DNA of 62,432 bases from IMG/VR virus record IMGVR_UViG_3300028797_000119. One strand, given 5' to 3'. The stretch comes from an uncultured virus (IMG/VR IMGVR_UViG_3300028797_000119). Its lineage: Duplodnaviria; Heunggongvirae; Uroviricota; Caudoviricetes. Shown one piece after another: positions 9,326 through 17,502 of the stretch. Position numbers and translations under genes: made by a program. The notes under the pieces are model-generated. The model did no database searches. It saw nothing but the letters and a program-made list of their open reading frames with translations, and was not told the DNA's origin. Numbering within the stretch: position 1 is the stretch's first letter; every line of letters begins with the position of its first letter.

Positions 9326-10393
9326 TTAAGGGAGTGCGTTCAGTTCGTCTTCGGTGGGGTCTCTCCACACCCTTTTAGACCAATTCACCATAGCCGTGTC
9401 AAGCTTGCAAGTACCGCAGACCTTGACCCACTTGGTAATGGTCTTTTCTTCGGTCTCGGTCGCCTTGCGAAGTCCGTCACGCCACGCGGCTCCGCTGAAC
9501 TTGTAATCCTTGGGTATAGCCGTGTCGCAATACCCCTTGATATAGTAGTGAACGGCTCCGCTTGGGTCACGAGTGATTGAAAAATCACCATAGCGGCACA
9601 TACAGAAGTCAATAAAGGTGTGCCACTTGTCCAAGTCTTTCAAGCTCTCGGCACGTTCGGCCAAGCTCGGCATAAGTTTCTTGTAGAAAGTTTTTTCGGA
9701 GACTTCCGTGCCGACCGCCTTTTCAGAACTACATCTAAATTTGTAGCCTTGCAAACCATCGTTGCTACCAAAATAAACATTATTTACATTGGAGTGCCAA
9801 CCCCTATAAGAACCGCACCACAAAGGCGTGCTAGAGTTCCAAGTGGCATTTCCCTTGTTTTCAAGGCCGCCAAACCACTGAATCAAATATTTGTGCTTGC
9901 GTTTCAAGTTGGACAAGAAACCACGCACCTTGAAAATGCTCTTGCAAAATTCACGGAGTTCAATAACCGCCTTGTCTTCGGCTTCGTTCTTGGCAACTTG
10001 TGCTGGAACCAATGCAGAGAGCAGTTCGATAGCCATTTCACACTGACTAAGGTCAATGCTCTTCACTTCGGCCAATTCCGTAGGGTCGCCGTGTGTGCAG
10101 ATTTCGGGGTAGGTGTCGCGAGATTCGCTAATGGTGCGGACTCCGCTCTGAAAGCGGCCATTGGAGTGGTGGGTCTTGAGTACCTTGCCGTTGTGGACTC
10201 CGATAATGCCTTCGGGATTGCTAGAGCTGTGGTCTCCGCTGAAGACCATCACGTTACCTTCTCGGTCAATGGCCACCTCCTTCCAACCATACACATCGTG
10301 GGGAAACGGATTGACTCGTGCGCCTTGGCGGAAGATGTTGCCGAACTTACGCTTGCAACGCTCGTGAAATGCGATAAAGTCTGAACTCAACAT
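9326..10393 (-). CDS. hypothetical protein, 355 aa
   Basis: ORF with RBS and repeat. Confidence 0.8.
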   Translation of the reverse strand: MLSSDFIAFHERCKRKFGNIFRQGARVNPFPHDVYGWKEVAIDREGNVMVFSGDHSSSNPEGIIGVHNGKVLKTHHSNGRFQSGVRTISESRDTYPEICTHGDPTELAEVKSIDLSQCEMAIELLSALVPAQVAKNEAEDKAVIELREFCKSIFKVRGFLSNLKRKHKYLIQWFGGLENKGNATWNSSTPLWCGSYRGWHSNVNNVYFGSNDGLQGYKFRCSSEKAVGTEVSEKTFYKKLMPSLAERAESLKDLDKWHTFIDFCMCRYGDFSITRDPSGAVHYYIKGYCDTAIPKDYKFSGAAWRDGLRKATETEEKTITKWVKVCGTCKLDTAMVNWSKRVWRDPTEDELNALP

Positions 10394-10476
10394 ATCTTAA
10401 CTCCTTGTTGTTGTTTCGTTCCTTGTATAGGAATGATAGCCGGTCCGGGGAAGCCCGGACCGATCTGGTCATTGCA

Positions 10477-10800
10477 CTAGGAAAGCTCTCGCTTTAAGCT
10501 CACTAGAACCAAGGCCAAGCCGTGCCAAGTGTCATCGTCAGAATAGCGCGATTCCCATTCGTCTCCGTCCTTGTAAGAGACCCCTAGAGCTATGTTCTTG
10601 TTGCCGTCCTTGCGGTGGCAAGCGAACAGCTCAACATCGTGCTTGTCGAGCTTTGCGCTAATCCTAAAGTCAACCCCTTGACACCCATACGAGACCTTGA
10701 CAAATCCGTACGTGCTGAGACCGTTAACCAAGTTGCTAGTGCGTTTCTCGAAGTCAGCCTTTGCAGCTTCAATCGTATCAATGGCGTCTATCATTTCCAT
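10477..10800 (-). CDS. hypothetical protein, 107 aa
   Basis: ORF with RBS and repeat. Confidence 0.7.
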   Translation of the reverse strand: MEMIDAIDTIEAAKADFEKRTSNLVNGLSTYGFVKVSYGCQGVDFRISAKLDKHDVELFACHRKDGNKNIALGVSYKDGDEWESRYSDDDTWHGLALVLVSLKRELS

Positions 10801-10860
10801 ATTAACTCCTTTGCTTGTATAGGAACGATAGGCAGTCCGGGGAAGCCCGGACCGGACCAG

Positions 10861-10995
10861 TCATTTCCGCTTCTTGAACCGGCCGTAGAGATCGGCGTTG
10901 TTGCAAGATGCGGTGACGATGGGCTTAACTAGAGGCAAACCGCTAATAAAGCCAGCTGTACGTAAAAACTTGGTTTTACTAAACCGTATGAACAT
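10861..10995 (-). CDS. small basic protein, 44 aa (MFIRFSKTK...)
   Basis: AAGGAG RBS before ATG 10995. Confidence 0.5.
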   Translation of the reverse strand: MFIRFSKTKFLRTAGFISGLPLVKPIVTASCNNADLYGRFKKRK

Positions 10996-11005
10996 AGATA
11001 CTCCT

Positions 11006-11062
11006 TTAGCCGCAGATGCGCTTCTTTGATGGTTTAACGATGCGAGTTGTGGTTTTTGCCAT
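11006..11062 (-). CDS. possible 18-aa basic peptide (MAKTTTRIVKPSKKRICG)
   Basis: AAGGAAAC RBS; stop abuts the next RBS. Confidence 0.35.
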   Translation of the reverse strand: MAKTTTRIVKPSKKRICG

Positions 11063-11153
11063 AGTGTTTCCTTTGTTATACGTAGATTCAGAAAAATAAA
11101 ATCGTTGGGAAGCCCAGTGGAGTCTGGGCATTCCCGTTTGGAGTTAAGAAAAT

Positions 11154-11684
11154 TTAAAGTACGTCCTTGCCGTCCCAGTGGTTGACTTGAATCACGACCC
11201 AGCGAGCGATAAAGTGGAGGCACACCCTCAAAACCTTTTCTTCCTCGCCGTCTATCACCTCGTCTTCGTGCATAAAGCCGATGACCTCTTCGAGGTTGTG
11301 GTATGCACCGCCTTCGATGTCGTCGTCGGAGCTTTGCACATCGACGGTCGCCGAGGTCGTGTCGCCGTCCGCATCGCAAGCGGCTGCTGGGTCGGCGTAG
11401 TTGTAGTGCGGAGGTTCGTACCAGCCTTCCTCTTCGACCACGCCCACCTCTTCGAAGTCACCGTCGGCCATCCAGTTAACCAGCGAGGCGATGGCGGTTT
11501 CCACTCGGTCGGCGTTCGCTCCGTTCGCCTCGGCGATTGCTCGGCAGTGTTCACGCAGCTCCGTGCTGTTGCCGATGGTTATGACATAGTTGTCCCAGTT
11601 GTCTCGGTCAATCCTAGACGGATAGGCAAGCTCGGTCTTGCTGAAGCCGTAGTAAAGTCTCTGTGTTTCGGTTGTGGTTGACAT
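11154..11684 (-). CDS. highly acidic hypothetical protein, 176 aa
   Basis: ORF with RBS and repeat; Asp/Glu-rich. Confidence 0.75.
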   Translation of the reverse strand: MSTTTETQRLYYGFSKTELAYPSRIDRDNWDNYVITIGNSTELREHCRAIAEANGANADRVETAIASLVNWMADGDFEEVGVVEEEGWYEPPHYNYADPAAACDADGDTTSATVDVQSSDDDIEGGAYHNLEEVIGFMHEDEVIDGEEEKVLRVCLHFIARWVVIQVNHWDGKDVL

Positions 11685-11802
11685 ATCGCTTAACTCCTTT
11701 CTGATATAGGTACGATAGGCAAGAAAGGGAAGCCCGGCCAGATCCGGTCAGTCCCGGACCGGACTTCCCCCAAGAAACACCCCCTTTGAAGGGGGTTGGG
11801 AG

Positions 11803-12237
11803 TTAAACATACTTCTGTATGGTCTTCTTGTCGGCTCCGCTTGCAACTAGCTTTATGAGTTCCAAAGCCTCCCAAACGGCTCCGATTTGGCAATCCATAG
11901 CTCGCTCGTATTCACGCTTGCAAGCCTTGTCTCGTTTCGTGTAAAGGCGGTTGCAGATATCCTCGTTTGACACTAGGAACATAGCACCATAGCAAGCACG
12001 GCGCACTATGTCCTTGGCGTCCTTGGTGCGGTCGCTCGCCTTGAACTTGTAGCCGTCACAATGGTGGGTCACGTGGCCGATGGAAATTTCAGAATATTCC
12101 GTGTCCTTGGTCACTCCCTCTTGGTCGCCGTTACAAAGTTTTTCCATCATTTCCACGGCGTAGGTGAGAATACCCTTGTGCCATTTGTCACGGAACTTGA
12201 GTGTCTTGAGAATTGCCAAAATTTCAAAAACTTTCAT
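11803..12237 (-). CDS. hypothetical protein, 144 aa
   Basis: ORF with RBS and repeat. Confidence 0.75.
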   Translation of the reverse strand: MKVFEILAILKTLKFRDKWHKGILTYAVEMMEKLCNGDQEGVTKDTEYSEISIGHVTHHCDGYKFKASDRTKDAKDIVRRACYGAMFLVSNEDICNRLYTKRDKACKREYERAMDCQIGAVWEALELIKLVASGADKKTIQKYV

Positions 12238-12314
12238 CTTAACTCCTTTGTTGTTCAGTTCTTGTATAGAGGTAATGGGAGGCTGGGGGAAACCCAGCCA
12301 GTCCCAGTTAGTCC

Positions 12315-12710
12315 CTAGGCCGCCTTGTAGACGAGGTAATAGCAGTTGCTAATGCAGTGCCATTTGTAGCCGTAACGGTCGAGGAACTTGGTGAAACGGT
12401 TACGGAGCGTTTGGTTCGTCGAATAGTGGAGCGCATAGTTCAAGGCTCCCTCGGCGACCATACCGATGACCGTCGTCGCCCCAAGCTGCTTGGTGAGGTT
12501 ATCGACAACCTCACGGCCTTCCGTCAAGCACTTGCAGAACTCGAACCCGTCGAGGCGGATAACCTTGTCGGTGCGAGATTCAATGTCCCAGCGACGGTCG
12601 AGGAATCCGTTGCCGTTGTCATAGGTGCTTACATCGCAGATTCCAGCCTTGATGCACCAGTTCAAAATCTTTATGGGCATCGGTTCACGAGATGTAATAA
12701 TTTTTTTCAT
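12315..12710 (-). CDS. hypothetical protein, 131 aa
   Basis: ORF with RBS and repeat. Confidence 0.75.
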   Translation of the reverse strand: MKKIITSREPMPIKILNWCIKAGICDVSTYDNGNGFLDRRWDIESRTDKVIRLDGFEFCKCLTEGREVVDNLTKQLGATTVIGMVAEGALNYALHYSTNQTLRNRFTKFLDRYGYKWHCISNCYYLVYKAA

Positions 12711-12776
12711 CGTCTTAACTCCTTTTCTTGTATAGAGTGAATAGGACGGATGGGGAAACCCGTCCTACCTCGGCCA

Positions 12777-13271
12777 TTACTGCTGCTGGTGGGTTCTGCG
12801 CCATTCGGCAATAGCCCATTCACTGTTATCTTGGAAAAATCCGTGTTCGGCGATTTTTTCGGCGCGGTCTCCGCTGAAGGTGGCCACGCGGAACTTGATG
12901 GCGTCAATCAAGGCGAGTTCGAACGCCTTCTGTTCCTCTTCGGCAATCTCGGCACGGAGCGTGGTGTTGATGCTGCCGTGGGTGCGTCCGCTGCCGTCCG
13001 CGTACTTGAACACGATACTCAAGTCGGTGCCGTTATAGACGAACAACATATGCTGGCGGAGGCGTTCACGGAGCTTGCACTGCGGCATCGAGGTGGTCAC
13101 CTTGTATTCGGCTGCCATATCACGACTGAGGACGCCCCAAATGTCGTACTTGATGAGTCCGAGCGTTTCTGCTCGGTAGAACAGTTCCACGCCGTGATAC
13201 CACTTGACTTGGCTCAATACGTCGTTCGCCTTGCTTGCGAAGTCCTTGATTTCGTTTGCTGTAAAACCCAT
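12777..13271 (-). CDS. hypothetical protein, 164 aa
   Basis: ORF with RBS and repeat. Confidence 0.75.
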   Translation of the reverse strand: MGFTANEIKDFASKANDVLSQVKWYHGVELFYRAETLGLIKYDIWGVLSRDMAAEYKVTTSMPQCKLRERLRQHMLFVYNGTDLSIVFKYADGSGRTHGSINTTLRAEIAEEEQKAFELALIDAIKFRVATFSGDRAEKIAEHGFFQDNSEWAIAEWRRTHQQQ

Positions 13272-13353
13272 AGCTTAACTCCTTTAAGGTTGTTCGTTTC
13301 TTGTATAGAGGTGATGGGAGGCTGGGGGAAACCCAGCCAGTCCCAGCCAGTCC

Positions 13354-13584
13354 CTAGACCATTCTCGCTAGGGTCGTGTTCCGTCCGACAATTACATAGC
13401 GGTTGCCGTCGTTGTCTTGGAGTTCGGCACCGTTCAAGCCGTTCACGCCCACGGACACGCTCACGGTGGCTACACCCTTGTGGCGGATTTCGTTCAGCTG
13501 GGCTTCGTCCCATTGGTTGATGTTGGTGGCTAACCCATCTCGCTCCAAAGAGCGGAGGTACTTCTGCGTTACTCGGTTTGACAT
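13354..13584 (-). CDS. hypothetical protein (MSNRVTQKY...)
   Basis: ATG 13584 after AAGGAGTTAG. Confidence 0.7.
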   Translation of the reverse strand: MSNRVTQKYLRSLERDGLATNINQWDEAQLNEIRHKGVATVSVSVGVNGLNGAELQDNDGNRYVIVGRNTTLARMV

Positions 13585-13713
13585 AGCTAACTCCTTTGCT
13601 TGTATAGGTTGGATAGCCGACTGGGGGAATCCCAGCCGGACCAAGTCAGTCCCCTATCCGGGAACCGCCCCAAAGAACCGCCGTGGAGCGTGGCGGTTTG
13701 GGGTAGGTGCTTA

Positions 13714-13974
13714 CTACTTGCGGATGCTGTCGGCTGCCTCGTGGAGCTTCTTGGATGCCGCCGTGGCCGCTTCGGCTGCCTTGTCCTTGGCGACCGCAGT
13801 TGCCTTGTCCGCCGCCTTGCTCGCTTCGGTTTTGATGGTCGCCGCCGCTTCGCTCGCCGCCGTGGTAGCTAGTTCTGTAGTAGCCTTGCCAACTTTCTTG
13901 GCCGCTTCAGCTGTCTTTTCTCCGCACGCAATCAAGGCGCATGCGGTCACGATTAAAATTAAGAATTTTTTCAT
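13714..13974 (-). CDS. putative Ala/Lys-rich lipoprotein
   Basis: MKKFLILIVTACALIAC lipobox-like signal. Confidence 0.65.
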   Translation of the reverse strand: MKKFLILIVTACALIACGEKTAEAAKKVGKATTELATTAASEAAATIKTEASKAADKATAVAKDKAAEAATAASKKLHEAADSIRK

Positions 13975-13998
13975 TGTTTTTTCTCCGTTGGTTATGGT

Positions 13999-14334
13999 TT
14001 ACCACTTGATTTCATCAGCTACATAAGCGATAATATTTTGAAGTGCGTCCTCGGCATCCTCGGCAAGTTCGTAAAGGTTTATTTTGGTGTTTGAGGTGTT
14101 GGCGAAGATTCCCCCCTCGCCATCGGTCTCAATATACCCCTTACCCTTGGGCGTGTAGAGTTCGTAAGTCACACCGCCGTCAAAGTGGTGGGTGATGACT
14201 ATCGCCTTGTCCTCGGTGCGGAAGCAGTGGATGTGGGTCTCGCCGATGAACTCCTCGCAAATGGGGAGGTCTTGGGCGAAGAGGGAAGCGGTAGCAATGG
14301 CTACCGCAGTGAGTGCTGTCTTGAGGGATTTCAT
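13999..14334 (-). CDS. putative secreted protein
   Basis: signal peptide MKSLKTALTAVAIATASLFA. Confidence 0.65.
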   Translation of the reverse strand: MKSLKTALTAVAIATASLFAQDLPICEEFIGETHIHCFRTEDKAIVITHHFDGGVTYELYTPKGKGYIETDGEGGIFANTSNTKINLYELAEDAEDALQNIIAYVADEIKW

Positions 14335-14543
14335 TAGCGGTTATCCTCCACTGTGATGCCGCCGTCGGCGGTCGGTCTGAACATCAGATAGCATTCGGAC
14401 TGCTTGTAGAGACCCTCGGCAACGAGGATTTCCTCAAGCTCGTCGGTCTGAATGTCCTTGGGTAAGGTTCTGCGGTAGAAGCGGACGGACGCTGTGCTGT
14501 AATCCATAACCGCTAGGTCAAATTCTCGTGTTTCCTTGCTCAT
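14334..14543 (-). CDS. hypothetical protein (MSKETREF...)
   Basis: ATG 14543 after AAGGAGTTAA and repeat. Confidence 0.65.
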   Translation of the reverse strand: MSKETREFDLAVMDYSTASVRFYRRTLPKDIQTDELEEILVAEGLYKQSECYLMFRPTADGGITVEDNR

Positions 14544-14639
14544 TGGCTTAACTCCTTGGTAATGTTTCTTACATACGAGAAATCTCCGTCGAGGGGAAGC
14601 CCGGCCTCGAACAGTCAGTCCTATTCCCGGACCGATCAG

Positions 14640-14783
14640 AAAAATGGGGTGCAGACACCTCGTCCGCACCCCTTGGGAGTTAAGCAAAGGCAAGTAAGGG
14701 GGGAGCACCTTGCTCCCCCTAGGGAGTTAAGCAAACTTAAAAGCGGTGGGAACGGTTCCCACCGCTGGGGAGTTAAGCAAAAT
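14640..14783 (-). repeat. three tandem units of TTTGCTTAACTCCC + GC hairpin
   Basis: GGGAGTTAAGCAAA on + at about 14675, 14722 and 14768, each next to a different stem-loop. Confidence 0.8.
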
Positions 14784-14942
14784 TTAAAACTGCGAAAGCA
14801 AATAATTCAATGCGATATTAGTCAAGGCGAACACGCCCAAAAAACCTATTAAAACCGACACAGCCGAACCGCTTTTAAATACCTTAATAGTGACCATGAA
14901 CGACACCACAAGACAAAGAATTATTTTCCACGTCAAAACCAT
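14784..14942 (-). CDS. small membrane protein, 52 aa (2 TM)
   Basis: MVLTWKIILCLVVSFMVTIK...LIGFLGVFALTNIALNYLL; not in ORF track. Confidence 0.55.
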   Translation of the reverse strand: MVLTWKIILCLVVSFMVTIKVFKSGSAVSVLIGFLGVFALTNIALNYLLSQF

Positions 14943-14990
14943 AAATCCCCCTTGGGAAAGGGGGTGCGTAGCACCCCCAACTTTTTATTT

Positions 14991-15905
14991 TTAGTCCTTT
15001 CCGTAAATCCGTTTTACAGCTGCGGTCGCTTTGGTCATCGCCCATTCAACAATCGTTGGGTCGCTTTTCAAAGATTTTGCCCAACTCTGAAGATACGCTA
15101 CATTATTTTTGTCCGTCTTAGGCGTATTCCAACCATTGTCGTGCAAAATAATTGCGGAGCAAAGTTCTGCGACCAATTCCTCTTTGGAGTAAAGGTGGTC
15201 ACCGAAAACATTTTTAATATCTCGCTTCAGTCGGTGTTCTGCACCAGTGGAATGACCTAGTTCGTGGAACAAGGTTCCGTAATACCCCTCGCTAGATTTA
15301 AAATTCTCTATGTTGGGGACATTAACCAAGTCTTCGCTCGGTCGGTAGAAAGCTCGGTTCTGATTTTCGTGAACAAATTTAATTCCCTCACGAGAAATAT
15401 ATTCGACTGCAATCTTTTCAGCATCGGCGATTTGGTTGATGTGCTTCTTTTCAACCTTTTTCGTGTACTTTGTCGGACAATCCACTTGAGTTCCAACTCG
15501 CCAAACCTTGGAAGTCTTGAGGAAGAAATACGCTCCCTTGACTGGGTTGCCGTCCTTGTCCTTGATGACATTGCCGTCGGCGTCCTTCTTGTCGTATTCA
15601 AGACGCTTGCGGAACACGATGACCGTCGGAACTTGCTTGCTACCATCTTCGGTTTCGATGAACTTGCCACCACGAGCCTTCAGTTCGTTGAAGGTTACAA
15701 ATTCGCCTGGTTCGTGACCACCGAGCATGCAAAGGATAGTGTTAAGAATGCCGTAGCTCTTACCGCTGGAACCGACATATCCGCTTTCGGTTTTCACCCA
15801 CGGTCTATCCCAAGGGACGATACCGCTTTCCAACGCCTTAACAAATGTTGCCGTAAGGTCGCGACAAATCTGTTCGTTAATAGATTTTACTTTTGCGCTT
15901 GCCAT
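14991..15905 (-). CDS. ardC: ArdC-like ssDNA-binding antirestriction protein with zincin-like domain
   Basis: GIVPWDRPW, Y.GILN, AFYRPSED, YYGTLFHELGHSTG, YSKEELVAE, AYLQSW motifs. Confidence 0.92.
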   Translation of the reverse strand: MASAKVKSINEQICRDLTATFVKALESGIVPWDRPWVKTESGYVGSSGKSYGILNTILCMLGGHEPGEFVTFNELKARGGKFIETEDGSKQVPTVIVFRKRLEYDKKDADGNVIKDKDGNPVKGAYFFLKTSKVWRVGTQVDCPTKYTKKVEKKHINQIADAEKIAVEYISREGIKFVHENQNRAFYRPSEDLVNVPNIENFKSSEGYYGTLFHELGHSTGAEHRLKRDIKNVFGDHLYSKEELVAELCSAIILHDNGWNTPKTDKNNVAYLQSWAKSLKSDPTIVEWAMTKATAAVKRIYGKD

Positions 15906-16042
15906 AGTGCTTAACTCCTTGATTTTTCGTAAGCCTCATCGCTTACATATATGAAATAGACGTAATGGGGAAGCACAGACCGGTTCAGTCAGTGGCTTCG
16001 CTCACTTGCCCAAGGGAAAGCCGTCTAAAGACGGCTTGAGGT

Positions 16043-16321
16043 CTAGTGCTGTTGTGCGTAGTACGCTTGTATCGTCGCAAAGAGACCGTCAAAGCGATGG
16101 TCTTCGGCTTCTTTCTCGGTCAATAAGCGCCATATCCCCTTGACCTTGGTTATGACGTACCCAACCAGCTGGAACCTATCGACCATAGTGTCAAAGTAGA
16201 TATGACCATCTTGGTTATCCACAACAACATCAAGGAACGCACCCTTGCGACCGTGGCGCTCCCACTGCGCTTTTGCGAGCTTGCGCAAATACGCATAATT
16301 CAATTTGAAACACTTATTCAT
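16043..16321 (-). CDS. hypothetical protein (MNKCFKL...)
   Basis: ATG 16321 after AAGGAGTTAAGC. Confidence 0.65.
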   Translation of the reverse strand: MNKCFKLNYAYLRKLAKAQWERHGRKGAFLDVVVDNQDGHIYFDTMVDRFQLVGYVITKVKGIWRLLTEKEAEDHRFDGLFATIQAYYAQQH

Positions 16322-16486
16322 GCTTAACTCCTTGATTTTCGTAAGCCTCATCGACTTACATATGTGAGATAGACGGATTGGGGAAGCACAGACCTGTTCA
16401 GTCAGTGCCTTTGGGGCAAACACAAAAAATCAAGGCTCGTGGGCGCCTAAAATCTGTATACGTACATTACACCCATTACACTATTC

Positions 16487-16640
16487 AAACGGCTCCACGA
16501 TACCAAAAAACAATAAAAACGGCTCTATTTGTGTTGCCCATAGCCTTAAAACTATAAAATTGTGCGGATATGCCAACAACACGAAAAACGGCTCCAAAAA
16601 CGCATTTTAGAGCCTTAAAATTTAACTATTTGCGGATACA
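16487..16640. repeat. degenerate ~69-bp direct repeat in AT-rich non-coding DNA
   Basis: blocks ACGGCTC, AGCCTTAAAA and TGCGGATA recur at a 68-69 nt offset. Confidence 0.55.
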
Positions 16641-16725
16641 TAAAACCAAAAACAAAAAGCCTAAAACCATAGGTTTTAGGCTCGAAAATTATATAAAACG
16701 GAAAAAGGGGGTTTTACCCCCTTGT

Positions 16726-17502
16726 TTAACCCTTTTGGGAAAGCTCCCATTCTTTGTGCTTACGTTCAAATTCTTTTTCAGTCTTTTCGATGTAAGCGTC
16801 ACGCATTTGAATAAGTTCTGCATCGGTGTAGAATTTATCGTCACAGAAGAATTTTTCCTTGATGTCAACGCCATTCACCAAAATCTTGCAGTTTTCAAAC
16901 TTGACTTCGATGAACTCGCGCAAAGAAATTTCTTCGCCGTCCTTGTCAAGAATTGCGTTGCCGTTGCCGTCCTTGAAAACAGATTTTGTTACGAGACCTT
17001 CCGTCCAAAGCTTGAAGTCATCGGACTTTGCCCACGGCAACAAAACATATTTTGAAGTGGGGTGACCGTCAACAATCCACTTTGCCTTCGGCTTTTCCTT
17101 TCCGTCTTGGGTCGGATATGCCGTGAAGTAAATGGTCTGCAAATCCATGCCGAGGTAAATCAGTTCCTTGTAGAGAGGGAACTTGTGCGGTTTGCGGTAC
17201 TTCGGTTCGTACATCGCACCCTCGAAGCCGTTGCGGTCGAGCTTCTTCTCTTGCATCTTGGTGTAAGAGAGGGAACCACCGAGCTGAATCGGATAGGTCT
17301 GTTCCTTGATGACCGAGCGGAAGGGGTTCGGTGCGCCAACGGTCGGTATCTTCAGACCCATTTCATCCATCTTGGCACAGACTTCGGGGAACTGAGACAA
17401 GTCGCGAGCCTTCTTGACCATATAGGTCATATAATCGCCACTGTATTCCATACGTGCGAATGTATTTTTGACAATGGCTTCTTCATTGACTTTGAACATC
17501 AT
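16726..17502 (-). CDS. hypothetical protein, 258 aa
   Basis: ORF with RBS and repeat. Confidence 0.8.
   Translation of the reverse strand: MMFKVNEEAIVKNTFARMEYSGDYMTYMVKKARDLSQFPEVCAKMDEMGLKIPTVGAPNPFRSVIKEQTYPIQLGGSLSYTKMQEKKLDRNGFEGAMYEPKYRKPHKFPLYKELIYLGMDLQTIYFTAYPTQDGKEKPKAKWIVDGHPTSKYVLLPWAKSDDFKLWTEGLVTKSVFKDGNGNAILDKDGEEISLREFIEVKFENCKILVNGVDIKEKFFCDDKFYTDAELIQMRDAYIEKTEKEFERKHKEWELSQKG

Noticed and set aside
11101..11136. Possible 28th repeat copy (GGGAAGCCC)
   Set aside because: It lacks the TATACA at 17 nt and is better explained as a terminator-like hairpin after gene 11154.
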